A stretch of 64,000 bases of DNA from Deltaproteobacteria bacterium (GCA_023489335.1 JAMDCP010000011.1:135057-199056); one strand, 5' to 3'. Numbered from the stretch's first letter, positions 1 to 9,560 are shown. Program-made: numbers and translations. Notes: generated from the letters alone by a model not told the origin.

Positions 1-213
1 ATAAGAATGGTGATGAATAAATTCGATAAAAAAAATGAAGCCGTTCTTCAAAGTTTAGTTACTTATGGATTAAAAATAAGGGCATGCCATAATACCATGC
101 TTAAAGCTCATTTGACAAAAAAAGCGCTGTTTTCTTTTGTTAAAGTAGTTCCTGCGGGAGTGGTCGAGATAGCCAGAAAGCAGATGCAGGGTTATACATT
201 TTTAAAACCTTAA
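1..213 (+). CDS. COG1416/DsrE-related protein, C-terminal part only (gene starts left of window)
   Basis: Frame is open from nt 1. The C-terminus (YGLKIRACHNTMLKAH...QMQGYTFLKP) aligns with the C-termini of the paralogs at 1130-1624 and 1680-2237, sharing the (A/S)CH motif and the GY.(Y/F).KP end. Confidence 0.6.
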   Translation: MRMVMNKFDKKNEAVLQSLVTYGLKIRACHNTMLKAHLTKKALFSFVKVVPAGVVEIARKQMQGYTFLKP

Positions 214-246
214 TATAAAACAACCGCTATTTATGAGGAGGACGAA

Positions 247-1059
247 ATGAAAAGATTTATTTTAGTTGCTTTGGGAGTTTTTCTGGTTATCTTTGCATCA
301 TACTTTTTTAACAGGGCTGTTTTTGCAAAGGGAAAATTAAGCAAGAAAATGATTGCTAAAGAAAAAATACAGGCTGCCTTAAAATTGGGAAAGGCAGAAT
401 TTTATAGCTCTAAACTTGGGACAAACGGCTTTTCATGCGCCAAGTGCCATGTTGACAGTATCGGCACCTATATTCCAAAGGTTGGAAAGGTGGTAAGAAG
501 TTTGGCAGGCGTTGCCGCTGTTTTTCCGAAATTCGATACAAAAAACCATCAAGTTATCACACTTGGGGAGAAGCTTAATATGTGTATCAGGGGCGCTTTG
601 AACGGGAAACCGCTCAGCGGTCAGAAACTTAATTATCTTACCCTTTATGTAACCTATTTAAGCAACGGCTACAGAATTAAAGGATATAATGCAACGCCAA
701 GCCCTGTTTTCACAAAGGCGTGCAGGCGCCCAAAAACTGTTCAACAGGCTTTAACGCTTGGAAAACATTATTACGATACTCCGCTCGGCGCTTCCGATTT
801 TAGCTGCGATTCCTGTCATCCCGGCGGGGGAGCAGGCGTTCTGGGCGGCAAGCCGACCAAGCCCGTAATAGGCCACGCGGTTTATTATCCCACATATAAA
901 AAATGGGGCGGAATTATTACTATGCAGGATCAGTTTAATCACTGTATATACACCGGAGAAGAAGGATTTAAAAAGAAGATAGGCTCTAAAGCATGGAAGT
1001 ATCTCGACTTATATGTTTATTCGCTTTCAAAGGGCTATAAAATAAGCGTAGGCAAATGA
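247..1059 (+). CDS. Secreted diheme c-type cytochrome, SoxA/TsdA-like
   Basis: N-terminal signal/anchor. Two CxxCH motifs (CAKCH aa 64-68, CDSCH aa 187-191). The two halves are homologous, and each has a Cys 42-45 residues after the heme His (NMCIRG, NHCIYTG), the spacing expected for His/Cys-ligated SoxA/TsdA hemes. Confidence 0.65.
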   Translation: MKRFILVALGVFLVIFASYFFNRAVFAKGKLSKKMIAKEKIQAALKLGKAEFYSSKLGTNGFSCAKCHVDSIGTYIPKVGKVVRSLAGVAAVFPKFDTKNHQVITLGEKLNMCIRGALNGKPLSGQKLNYLTLYVTYLSNGYRIKGYNATPSPVFTKACRRPKTVQQALTLGKHYYDTPLGASDFSCDSCHPGGGAGVLGGKPTKPVIGHAVYYPTYKKWGGIITMQDQFNHCIYTGEEGFKKKIGSKAWKYLDLYVYSLSKGYKISVGK

Positions 1060-1129
1060 TTAAAAATTATTAAAAATAAATAAATGGCTGTTATATGGTT
1101 ATTAAAAAATGGAGAAAAGGGGGACAATA

Positions 1130-1624
1130 ATGAATAAATATTTATTTAAAAAGGGTTGGCTAAATATTAAAGCCATATTCATCATTTTGACTCTGGTTTT
1201 AATATATTTTAGCGGCAACGCCTATGCCTATAAAAAGATACAGGCGCTTCCGTATTTTAAAAATAAGACTATGAAGGTTGTGATTCAAATAACCCAGGAT
1301 AATCCCGCAAGATGGAATCTTGCCCTTGGCAATGCCGCTAAAGTTGTCCAGATTATGAGCGCTCACGGCATCAACTATAAAGTCGATGTAGTTGCGTACG
1401 GCCCTGGACTTAAAGTATTTATGAAAAAATACGATAAAAGGTTTTATCCACTGCTTCAGAGTCTAAGCACTTACGGAGTTAATCTTGTCGCATGCCATAT
1501 GACTATGCTCGCCATGCATGTTCACGAGAAACAGCTTTTTCCGTTTGTTAATGTGGTATATCCAGGCGCGGTTGCTTACATTATTAAAAAAGAAATGCAG
1601 GGATATGCCTATATAAAACCATAA
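1130..1624 (+). CDS. Secreted COG1416/DsrE-related protein
   Basis: RBS AAGGGGGA lies before the ATG at 1130. Signal peptide ends ...GNAYA. DsrE-like fold signature: VVAYGPG, VACHMTML, end GYAYIKP. Confidence 0.65.
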   Translation: MNKYLFKKGWLNIKAIFIILTLVLIYFSGNAYAYKKIQALPYFKNKTMKVVIQITQDNPARWNLALGNAAKVVQIMSAHGINYKVDVVAYGPGLKVFMKKYDKRFYPLLQSLSTYGVNLVACHMTMLAMHVHEKQLFPFVNVVYPGAVAYIIKKEMQGYAYIKP

Positions 1625-1679
1625 AAATCATTACAATATGGAGCTGATCCCAAATCTTAATAAAAAATGGGAGGGAATA

Positions 1680-2237
1680 ATGAAAAGATTAGTGAAGTTG
1701 TTGATTTTATTAATTATCGTTACGACCGGAGGTTCCCTGCTTTTAACAGGCTGCGCTAAAAAACCTTCAGAAAAGGTTGCTACTCCAGCCGTTACTAAGC
1801 CTTCTACTGCGGCCGTAAAAAAGAAAATTGAAATAAAAAAACCTCTTTTAACTCCGGCATCGTATAACGGTTTTTTTAACAACAAGGTTATCAAGGTTGT
1901 TTTTCAGGTTTCATCTCCAAACCCGAAAAAATGGAAAGTCGCCCTTTTAAATATGAATGATATTATCTGGGAACTCCATTATAATCCTAAAAGGTATAAA
2001 GTGGTTTTTGTAGCCTATGGTCCCGCCGTCAAAATGTTTCTCAAGAAAGATAACAAGTTGACGCCTCTTATCGAAAAATTATATAAGCATAAGGTAAAGT
2101 TTGAATCCTGTCATGTGGCAATGATAAAATTAGGTATTAAGTCTGATGAAATACTGCCAGTCGTTCATATTACGCCTGACGGATTCTTTGCCATTCTTCA
2201 TTATGAAATGATGGGTTATTCTTATATAAAGCCATGA
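1680..2237 (+). CDS. Lipoprotein COG1416/DsrE-related protein
   Basis: RBS GGGAGGG lies before the ATG at 1680. Lipobox LLLTGC. Same core as the neighbour (VAYGPA, ESCHVAMI, end GYSYIKP). Confidence 0.65.
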   Translation: MKRLVKLLILLIIVTTGGSLLLTGCAKKPSEKVATPAVTKPSTAAVKKKIEIKKPLLTPASYNGFFNNKVIKVVFQVSSPNPKKWKVALLNMNDIIWELHYNPKRYKVVFVAYGPAVKMFLKKDNKLTPLIEKLYKHKVKFESCHVAMIKLGIKSDEILPVVHITPDGFFAILHYEMMGYSYIKP

Positions 2238-2280
2238 GTTAATATTGCAAAATATTACAAACATAACTGTTTCTATACCA

Positions 2281-2318
2281 TATACCCCCCTCTCATACCG
2301 GGAGGGGGGTATATTTAT
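2281..2318 (+). terminator. GC-rich hairpin after the DsrE-like genes
   Basis: Left arm atacccccctc pairs with right arm gaggggggtat, followed by an A/T-rich tail. Confidence 0.5.
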
Positions 2319-2350
2319 AAATCCCGCTTTCTTTACTACTATCATTTCCT

Positions 2351-2426
2351 AAAATTGCCGATAGAAAATTTTAATCCAGTGTTCCTAAAACATTGGGTAT
2401 ATTTTATAATCTCTATCGGCAATTTT
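2351..2426. repeat. 15-bp perfect inverted repeat AAAATTGCCGATAGA / TCTATCGGCAATTTT, 46-bp spacer
   Basis: Read directly from the sequence. The core TCTATCGGCAA recurs at 51302-51312 with a degenerate partner at 51253-51266. Confidence 0.8.
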
Positions 2427-2507
2427 GGGCATTTTTACATAATTTTAATTAATATATTTTTGTGATATAATTCGTAAAATTAATCTCCGCAGCATATAGC
2501 ATATTAA

Positions 2508-4421
2508 ATGAATAACTTAAAAAGCGAAAAAAGTTCCTATTTAAAATCAGCGGCTCGTCAGCCTGTCAACTGGTATCCATGGTGCACGGAGGCGTTTAAT
2601 ATAGCAAAAGAAAACGATTTGCCGGTACTTTTGGACATCGGAGCCGTCTGGTGCCACTGGTGCCATGTAATGGACAAAGAGTCTTACGAAGATGAAGAGA
2701 CGGCAAACATAATAAACGAGAATTTTATTGCGATTAAGGTTGATAAAGATGAAAGGCCGGATATCGATTCCCGTTACCAAAAAGCCGTGAGCGCCTTTTG
2801 CGGCAACGGCGGATGGCCTCTTACGGCATTTTTGACATACGAGGGGTATTTTTTTTATGGGGGGACATACTTTCCAAAGGAGGCGAAATACGGTATGCCT
2901 TCTTACAAATCGGTTTTAGCCGAAATCGGAAAATATTACAGGGAAAATAAAGAGGCCGTTTTTTCGCAGAGCAAAGATTTTTATAACCGGATATTTAAGG
3001 ATTTAAACAAATTTTCCATATTTAATATTCGGAGGGTAAGCGAAGCCGTTAAGGGAGATAAAAGTTTAAGCAAGGAATATGCCGGCAGGCTTTTAAATGA
3101 GGCGGCGCAAGAATTTAAACTTCATTTCGACAATGAAAACGGCGGCCTCGACGAATCCCCCAAGTTTTTTTATTTTTCAGGGCTTGAACTGCTTTTGCAG
3201 GATTATATGATAAACCGTGACATGGATTCTCTGTCAAAGGGGACTTTTACTCTTAAAAAGATGGTTTTTGGCGGCGTTTTTGACCATGTCGGGGGCGGCT
3301 TCCACAGATATTCCACCGATAAAAAGTGGATAGTTCCGCATTTTGAAAAGCTTGCAGGCGATAACGCTAATGCTTTAAGGGTTTACTTGAATTATTACAG
3401 GGTTACCGGCGACAAGGTTATGTTGAACGCTATAAACAGAACAATGGATTTTATCACAAACGACATGTATGACAGAATGAACGGCGGTTTTTATGCCAGT
3501 ATGGATGCCGATGCGGCAGACGGCGATGACGGCAGTTTTTTCACATGGACTTTAGACGAGCTAAAAGATGTTTTTGCAAAAAACGAAGAGTTGAAAGCGG
3601 TAATAAATTTGTTTAATATCGGTAAAGGCGGCAGAATACCGGGGCAGGGTGACAATGGCAGCGGGGCGGCAGGAGTTAAGATAAACTGGGTGGTTCCAAA
3701 TGTTTTATATGTGGGTTCGGGAGAGCAAGAAGAGGATATTATTCTAAGTAAATTTTATAATAATGCCATATCCAGACTTAAATCCTTTCGGGATAAAAGA
3801 AAACAGCCGTTTATCGATAAGATTAAGTATAGCTCCGTAAATGGAAATGTTATATATTCCATTACCGAATTAAGCAAGATTTTTAACCCTTGCAACGACA
3901 ATAACGGGAACAGGCGAAAACTTAACGAAATAGCCGAAAAATCCATTAAGCCCTTTTTAGATGCTTTTGATAAAAATGGCGATGTGGGCAGATTTATCGG
4001 CGAGCCGGGCGGATCCCTTCTTGAGGACAATGCCTATATAATCCTGGCTTTAATAGGCTTGTCCGAAACAACATCCAAACCGATGTATTTGATTTACGCA
4101 AAAAGAATTGCCGAGCATGTTATAAAAAACTATTATGACAGCAAAGAAGGCGGGTTTTTTGATATAAAGCATACCATAAAAAGCTCAAAAATAGGATTTC
4201 TAAGCCATAAGGAAAAATCGATTATCGATTACGGCGGTTATTCCCCAAACTCGATGATATTATTGGGAATGGCAAAGCTTTATGCGTTGACGAATGAGAT
4301 TCAATTCCAAAATGTAATATTAAAGTCATTCGAATATTTTATTAACGATGCAAATAACTTTAAGCACAATAGTTCAAGCTATATAATAAGTCTGGCAGAT
4401 TACGCGCAGGAGTATTGTTAA
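2508..4421 (+). CDS. Thioredoxin-domain protein of the DUF255/YyaL family (N-terminal Trx-like domain plus alpha/alpha-barrel domain)
   Basis: NWYPW...LLDIGAVWCHWCHVM motif at the N-terminus. 637 aa, the typical length. Confidence 0.75.
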   Translation: MNNLKSEKSSYLKSAARQPVNWYPWCTEAFNIAKENDLPVLLDIGAVWCHWCHVMDKESYEDEETANIINENFIAIKVDKDERPDIDSRYQKAVSAFCGNGGWPLTAFLTYEGYFFYGGTYFPKEAKYGMPSYKSVLAEIGKYYRENKEAVFSQSKDFYNRIFKDLNKFSIFNIRRVSEAVKGDKSLSKEYAGRLLNEAAQEFKLHFDNENGGLDESPKFFYFSGLELLLQDYMINRDMDSLSKGTFTLKKMVFGGVFDHVGGGFHRYSTDKKWIVPHFEKLAGDNANALRVYLNYYRVTGDKVMLNAINRTMDFITNDMYDRMNGGFYASMDADAADGDDGSFFTWTLDELKDVFAKNEELKAVINLFNIGKGGRIPGQGDNGSGAAGVKINWVVPNVLYVGSGEQEEDIILSKFYNNAISRLKSFRDKRKQPFIDKIKYSSVNGNVIYSITELSKIFNPCNDNNGNRRKLNEIAEKSIKPFLDAFDKNGDVGRFIGEPGGSLLEDNAYIILALIGLSETTSKPMYLIYAKRIAEHVIKNYYDSKEGGFFDIKHTIKSSKIGFLSHKEKSIIDYGGYSPNSMILLGMAKLYALTNEIQFQNVILKSFEYFINDANNFKHNSSSYIISLADYAQEYC

Positions 4422-4465
4422 TCAGGAAAAAATATTAAATATTAAAAATTTTCTGTCTGATTTCC

Positions 4466-4495
4466 TTGACATGTCTAATTATGTTGTAGTAATAT
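4466..4495 (+). promoter_or_regulatory. Sigma70-like promoter for the LysM/NlpC gene
   Basis: TTGACA at 4466-4471, 18-bp spacer, TAATAT at 4490-4495. About 165 nt of leader follows. Confidence 0.45.
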
Positions 4496-4659
4496 ACATA
4501 AAAAAAGCGGTTTGTCATTACGCTTCATGCTTGGAGTCCCCTTTGGGGCTTTTCCGCATTGGCGGAAATGGCGGTAAACGGATACAACATTAAAATAAAC
4601 GGGTTATTAAAATTATTAAAATGAGTTATTAAAATTACCAATGAGGTGGTAAAGATTAA

Positions 4660-5958
4660 ATGAATAAAATAAATTTTTCTTTACTTGCTAAATTATTCGC
4701 TAAATTTTTTTTGTTTATTTTATTTCTTTCATTGATTTTTATTGGTATTTTTCCTTTAAACGCTTACTCTTTTATTACGGTCGTAACCGTTCAACCCGGA
4801 GCAACGCTCGGTCAAATTGCGGACAGCCATAACACCACGGTATCTTCTATAATGTCTTTAAACGGCCTTCATAACTATACGATATATCCGGGGGAAAAGC
4901 TGAGGGTTGCTTCAGGCGGTTATAACCATCCCGCTTATCGCCCTGCCGTTACCTACGGCCATTACAAAGTGCAGTTCGGCGATACTCTGTCTTTGATAGC
5001 CCAAAAATACGGAACTTCCGTTGCCGAATTAAGAAAATTAAACGGTTTGTATTCCAATGTAATAAGACAGGGGGCTGTTCTGGTCGTGCCTGTTCGCGAA
5101 AATGTGAATCAAGCTCCGCCGCAGGCTGTGGCAGTCGTAACCGTTCAACCCGGAGCAACGCTCGGTCAAATTGCGGACAGCCATAACACCACGGTATCTT
5201 CTATAATGTCTTTAAACGGCCTTCATAACTATACGATATATCCGGGGGAAAAGCTGAGGGTTGCTTCAGGCGGTTATAACCATCCCGCTTATCGCCCTGC
5301 CGTTACCTACGGCCATTACAAAGTGCAGTTCGGCGATACTCTGTCTTTGATAGCCCAAAAATACGGAACTTCCGTTGCCGAATTAAGAAAATTAAACGGT
5401 TTGTATTCCAATGTAATAAGACAGGGGGCTGTTCTGGTCGTGCCTGAAAGCTATAGGGCAGCCCAAATTAATAATAACAATAATGATAATAAATACAATT
5501 ATTATAAGGTTGCGACTTTTCAAGTTTTAACCGGAAACAAAAATATTAACAGCCCTAAATATAATGCGGCCAAAAGAAATAAGAATTTGACTATCGGAAG
5601 AAAGATAGTCGATGCCGCATTTAAATATAAAGGCGTTCCATATGTTTGGGGCGGAACGACAAGAGCCGGCATGGATTGCTCAGGCTTTGTTCAGCGTGTA
5701 TTTGCAAAGGATAATATACATCTTCCCAGGACAGCCCTGGAGCAATCAAGATTAGGCAAATATATTCCTAAAAGCAGATTAAAGCCCGGCGACTTATTAT
5801 TTTTCAGAACTTATGCTCCTTATATTTCGCATGTGGGAATTTATATAGGACATGGAAAATTTATTCAGGCAAATTCCGGCGCAGGCATGATAACGGTAAA
5901 TAGCCTGTCAAACGAATATTTTGAAAGAACTTACGCATTTGCAAAATCTATTAAGTAG
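4660..5958 (+). CDS. Secreted cell-wall hydrolase: 4 LysM domains plus C-terminal NlpC/P60 peptidase
   Basis: Signal/anchor present. LysM consensus (YKVQFGDTLSLIAQKYGTSVAELRKLNGL). NlpC/P60 catalytic region (YVWGGTTRAGMDCSGFV ... SHVGIYIG). Confidence 0.85.
   Translation: MNKINFSLLAKLFAKFFLFILFLSLIFIGIFPLNAYSFITVVTVQPGATLGQIADSHNTTVSSIMSLNGLHNYTIYPGEKLRVASGGYNHPAYRPAVTYGHYKVQFGDTLSLIAQKYGTSVAELRKLNGLYSNVIRQGAVLVVPVRENVNQAPPQAVAVVTVQPGATLGQIADSHNTTVSSIMSLNGLHNYTIYPGEKLRVASGGYNHPAYRPAVTYGHYKVQFGDTLSLIAQKYGTSVAELRKLNGLYSNVIRQGAVLVVPESYRAAQINNNNNDNKYNYYKVATFQVLTGNKNINSPKYNAAKRNKNLTIGRKIVDAAFKYKGVPYVWGGTTRAGMDCSGFVQRVFAKDNIHLPRTALEQSRLGKYIPKSRLKPGDLLFFRTYAPYISHVGIYIGHGKFIQANSGAGMITVNSLSNEYFERTYAFAKSIK
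4780..5446 (+). repeat. Perfect 313-bp tandem duplication inside the LysM gene (4780-5092 and 5134-5446)
   Basis: The two copies are offset by exactly 354 bp (118 codons), identical at every base I compared, and separated by a 41-bp unique spacer. Confidence 0.9.
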
Positions 5959-6069
5959 CTGATGTTAGGCCGCACACTTCTTATTATAGCTTAAAGCATT
6001 TGCTTTAGGCAGCTGTTTTATGCTTTTAACGGCAATAAATTAATCAAATTAAATTAAAAGGAAATTATT

Positions 6070-6927
6070 ATGTTTAACTTTAACAATTGGTATGCACCCG
6101 ACCCGATAATATTTATAGGACCGCTTCCCGTTCATTGGTATGGAATTTTGATAGGGATTGGCTTTGTTGTCGGTATCGCTATAGCGTATTTTAGGGCAAA
6201 ATCCTGGGGCGAGGATCCCGAAAACATCATTAATATTATGGTATTTGCCATACCGATGTCGATTATTTTTGCGCGCCTTTATTATGTCGTATTTGCATGG
6301 GGGTATTATGCAAAAAACCTTATAAGCATTTTTTATATATGGCAGGGCGGACTTGCAATATACGGCGGAGAAATAGGCGGACTTTTAACCCTTTACCTAT
6401 ATACCCGCATAAAAAAATTAAATATCTGGCGTTATATAGATATGTTAGCTCCAAGCCTGCTTTTAGGCCAGGCAATCGGAAGGTGGGGGAATTTTATAGA
6501 CCAGCAGGCATTTGGTTATCCCGTTAAATGGGGTTTGCCTATCGCAAAGGCAATGCGCCCTGTAAACGCCTATACTCCAAAGCATTTGGTATTTGGATTA
6601 TGGGGATACCCTTTTCAAGCATCTTACCCAAAGAACCTGACCATGTATTCCCACTTTGAACCCTCCTTTTTTTACGAGTCTGTTCCAGATTTTCTTGGAT
6701 TCATATTTTTAATGTGGCTTTCGAGAAAAAAACCAAAGGTTGCAGGGAAGATACTTATAGGTTATTTAATTTGGTACGGAACGACCAGGTTTTTTACGGA
6801 AGGTACAAGGATAGACAGTTTATGGTTAGGAAACAGCATCAGGGTTTCACAGGTGCTGAGCATGTTTGCCGTTATAATTTCGATAGCGGTTGTAATTTAC
6901 AGGCATTATAAATATAAAGAATTATAA
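6070..6927 (+). CDS. lgt: Prolipoprotein diacylglyceryl transferase
   Basis: Polytopic membrane protein with the Lgt signature LGQAIGRWGNFIDQQAFG. Confidence 0.85.
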   Translation: MFNFNNWYAPDPIIFIGPLPVHWYGILIGIGFVVGIAIAYFRAKSWGEDPENIINIMVFAIPMSIIFARLYYVVFAWGYYAKNLISIFYIWQGGLAIYGGEIGGLLTLYLYTRIKKLNIWRYIDMLAPSLLLGQAIGRWGNFIDQQAFGYPVKWGLPIAKAMRPVNAYTPKHLVFGLWGYPFQASYPKNLTMYSHFEPSFFYESVPDFLGFIFLMWLSRKKPKVAGKILIGYLIWYGTTRFFTEGTRIDSLWLGNSIRVSQVLSMFAVIISIAVVIYRHYKYKEL

Positions 6928-6965
6928 TAAAATGGTATAATAAAGAACAAAAGGAAATTCGCGAA

Positions 6966-7346
6966 ATGGAAAGCTGTTTAAAAAATGATTCGGAGTCAAC
7001 CGTTGCCGAATTAAAAGATACGGTAAGGGAATTTTGCGAAAAGAGGGATTGGGATAGGTACCATAATGCGAAAGACCTTGCCATAGGCATAATAACCGAG
7101 GCGTCGGAACTTTTAGAGTTTTTTAGATTTAAAGATGACGCAGAAATTCGTGTTTTGATGAATGATGGCGAAAAACTTAATGAAATCAGCCACGAATTAG
7201 CCGACATACTTTATTTTATATTGAGGTTTTCTCAAAAATATGATATCGATATTACAAAAGCATTTGAAGCCAAGATGAAGGTAAATGAGATAAAATACCC
7301 CATAGATAAGTCTCGTGGTTCAAATAAGAAATATAACGAATTTTAA
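6966..7346 (+). CDS. MazG-like nucleotide pyrophosphohydrolase
   Basis: Pattern REFCEKRDWDRYH...EASELLE...ELADILYFILR is typical of small MazG/dCTPase-like proteins. Confidence 0.7.
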   Translation: MESCLKNDSESTVAELKDTVREFCEKRDWDRYHNAKDLAIGIITEASELLEFFRFKDDAEIRVLMNDGEKLNEISHELADILYFILRFSQKYDIDITKAFEAKMKVNEIKYPIDKSRGSNKKYNEF

Positions 7347-7382
7347 AGGAATAGCCGCAATATCAAGGTTTAGTCCCCAAAT

Positions 7383-8693
7383 ATGAGCTTTTTTAATGAG
7401 AGCGATTTTTTGCCGCCGCTTGCCGACAGGCTTAGACCTAAAACTTTAAACGAATTTATAGGCCAATCGCATCTTCTTGACAGAGATAAGCCGTTAAGAA
7501 GCATGCTTGATTCCAGGTTTATCCGCTCGATGATACTCTGGGGTCCGCCGGGAAGCGGTAAAACCACCCTTGCGGGTATCATTGCAAATACCTTTGATTA
7601 TGAGTTTTACAGTATTTCGGCGGTTTCGGCAGGCGTTAAGGAGTTAAGGGAATTTATAGACAAAGCAAATATTAGTTTTAAGCGCTATAAAAAGCCCGTA
7701 ATTCTTTTTATCGATGAAATCCACCGTTTTAACAAGTCCCAGCAGGATTTGCTTTTGCATTCCATCGAAGAAGGAAGCCTTATATTGATTGGCGCAACTA
7801 CGGAAAATCCGTCATTCGAAATAAATTCGCCGATTCTTTCGAGGGTGTTGGTATTTACCTTAAATCCGTTATCCGAGGATGATTTAAGCAAAATAATAGA
7901 TAGGGCATTAAGCACGGACGAAGTTTTAAGCAAAAAGAAGATTTTTTTGGACAAAGAGGATGTAAATACCCTGATTCAATATTCGGGAAGCGACGCCCGC
8001 ATAATGTTAAACGCCCTCGAAATTGCCGTCAATCTTGCGAAGCAAGGCGCTCAGGGCGGGATAATGCTGACCAAAAAGCTCATAGAAGAAGCATACCTTA
8101 GAAAGTCAAAATACGATAAAACAGGGGAAGAGCATTATAATACGATATCGGCTTTCATCAAAAGCATAAGGGGAAGCGACCCTGACGGAGCGGTATTCTG
8201 GCTTGCAAAGATGCTGGATTCGGGAGAGGATATTAAATTTATCGCAAGAAGAATGATAATTTTAGCTTCCGAAGACATCGGGAATGCCGAACCGGAAGGC
8301 TTAAATCTGGCCGTCAGCTGTTTTAATGCCGTTAATGTTATCGGTATGCCGGAGGCCAGTATTGTTTTATCACAGGCAGCCGCTTATCTTGCAAGCTGTC
8401 CAAAATCTAACGCAAGCTACCTTGCCATAGAGGAGGCTTTAAAAGACGCAAAAGACTTTCCCGCCGTTACCGTGCCGCTTCATTTAAGAAATGCCCCGAC
8501 AAGACTAATGAGGGATTTGGACTATCACAAAGGATATAAATATGCCCATGATTTTGAAAATCATTTTGTAAGGCAGTCATATCTTCCGCCCGAGCTGCCT
8601 TCCCGAATTTATTACCGCCCCTCGGACATAGGAAAAGAAAAAGAAATTAAGCTCCGCCTTAAATTATTATGGGGAAAGGATAAAAATTATTAA
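7383..8693 (+). CDS. rarA: Replication-associated recombination protein A (AAA+ ATPase)
   Basis: Walker A GPPGSGKTTLA, Walker B FIDEIHRFNKSQQD, and the MgsA C-terminal domain (FWLAKMLDSGEDIKFIARR). Confidence 0.9.
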   Translation: MSFFNESDFLPPLADRLRPKTLNEFIGQSHLLDRDKPLRSMLDSRFIRSMILWGPPGSGKTTLAGIIANTFDYEFYSISAVSAGVKELREFIDKANISFKRYKKPVILFIDEIHRFNKSQQDLLLHSIEEGSLILIGATTENPSFEINSPILSRVLVFTLNPLSEDDLSKIIDRALSTDEVLSKKKIFLDKEDVNTLIQYSGSDARIMLNALEIAVNLAKQGAQGGIMLTKKLIEEAYLRKSKYDKTGEEHYNTISAFIKSIRGSDPDGAVFWLAKMLDSGEDIKFIARRMIILASEDIGNAEPEGLNLAVSCFNAVNVIGMPEASIVLSQAAAYLASCPKSNASYLAIEEALKDAKDFPAVTVPLHLRNAPTRLMRDLDYHKGYKYAHDFENHFVRQSYLPPELPSRIYYRPSDIGKEKEIKLRLKLLWGKDKNY

Positions 8694-8746
8694 TTAAAAA
8701 AATCTATAACAAATAAACAAACAAAATAAATAAATAGGAGAATTTA

Positions 8747-9538
8747 ATGTCAGGATTTGAAAGCAGTTTTTTTGTGCCCAATGTTTCGCTCATCGTTGCC
8801 TTTTTGGCAGGTTTTTTTTCATTCGTGAGCCCTTGTGTTTTTCCTTTAATCCCTTCTTATTTGTCTTACATTTCAGGGTTTTCGGTGGCAGAGCTTACGG
8901 AAGAAAAGCAGGGGAAAGCGGGAAGAGAGGCGGCAAGAAAAGCAAGAATAGCCGTTATATTTCACTCGCTCCTTTTCATATTAGGTTTTACTATAATTTT
9001 TGTGCTTCTCGGGATGTTCAGTTCCACCCTGGCAAGTTTTATAAAGTCAGTATGGGTTATGAGAATCAGCGGTATCGTCGTTATCCTTATGGGTATATAT
9101 ATTACCGGAATTTTAAATAATATAAAAATGTTTTCGTTTTTAAACAGGGATATAGCCTTTAATTTAAAAAACAGGCCCGCCGGAATAATAGGTTCCGTAC
9201 TAATCGGAGCTATTTTTGCGGGCGCATGGACGCCGTGCATAGGGCCGATACTTGCCTCCATTCTTTTCATAAGCGCCACGCTTCATAATGCAACCCTGGG
9301 CGGCGAGCTTTTATTTGTATATTCTATGGGACTCGCCCTGCCGTTTTTTATAAGCGCCGTGTCGTTAAACCTCTTTCTAACCGCGTTTAAAAGGTTTAAA
9401 AAATACATAAGAATAGTGCAAATCGTTAGCGGGTTCTTGTTAATTGCGGTGGGTATTTTGATATTTTTTAACTATCTTTCGGTTATATCGCTTTATTTCG
9501 GCAATGCGTTTCATTATAATATACCATATAATGGGTAG
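8747..9538 (+). CDS. ccdA: Cytochrome c biogenesis thiol-disulfide transporter, CcdA/DsbD family
   Basis: Six-TM-like protein with paired Cys motifs SPCVFPLIPSYL and WTPCIGPIL. Confidence 0.8.
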   Translation: MSGFESSFFVPNVSLIVAFLAGFFSFVSPCVFPLIPSYLSYISGFSVAELTEEKQGKAGREAARKARIAVIFHSLLFILGFTIIFVLLGMFSSTLASFIKSVWVMRISGIVVILMGIYITGILNNIKMFSFLNRDIAFNLKNRPAGIIGSVLIGAIFAGAWTPCIGPILASILFISATLHNATLGGELLFVYSMGLALPFFISAVSLNLFLTAFKRFKKYIRIVQIVSGFLLIAVGILIFFNYLSVISLYFGNAFHYNIPYNG

Positions 9539-9560
9539 CGAATAGATAAAATAGGTAAAA

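Noticed and set aside
4496-4659. Leader of about 165 nt upstream of the LysM/NlpC-P60 hydrolase, considered as a c-di-AMP (ydaO-type) riboswitch because such riboswitches often control cell-wall hydrolases
   Set aside because: Only short local hairpins are visible (ccgc attg gcgg; agtcccc/ggggct). I could not find the conserved pseudo-symmetric ydaO sequence blocks. A covariance-model search would be needed to settle it.
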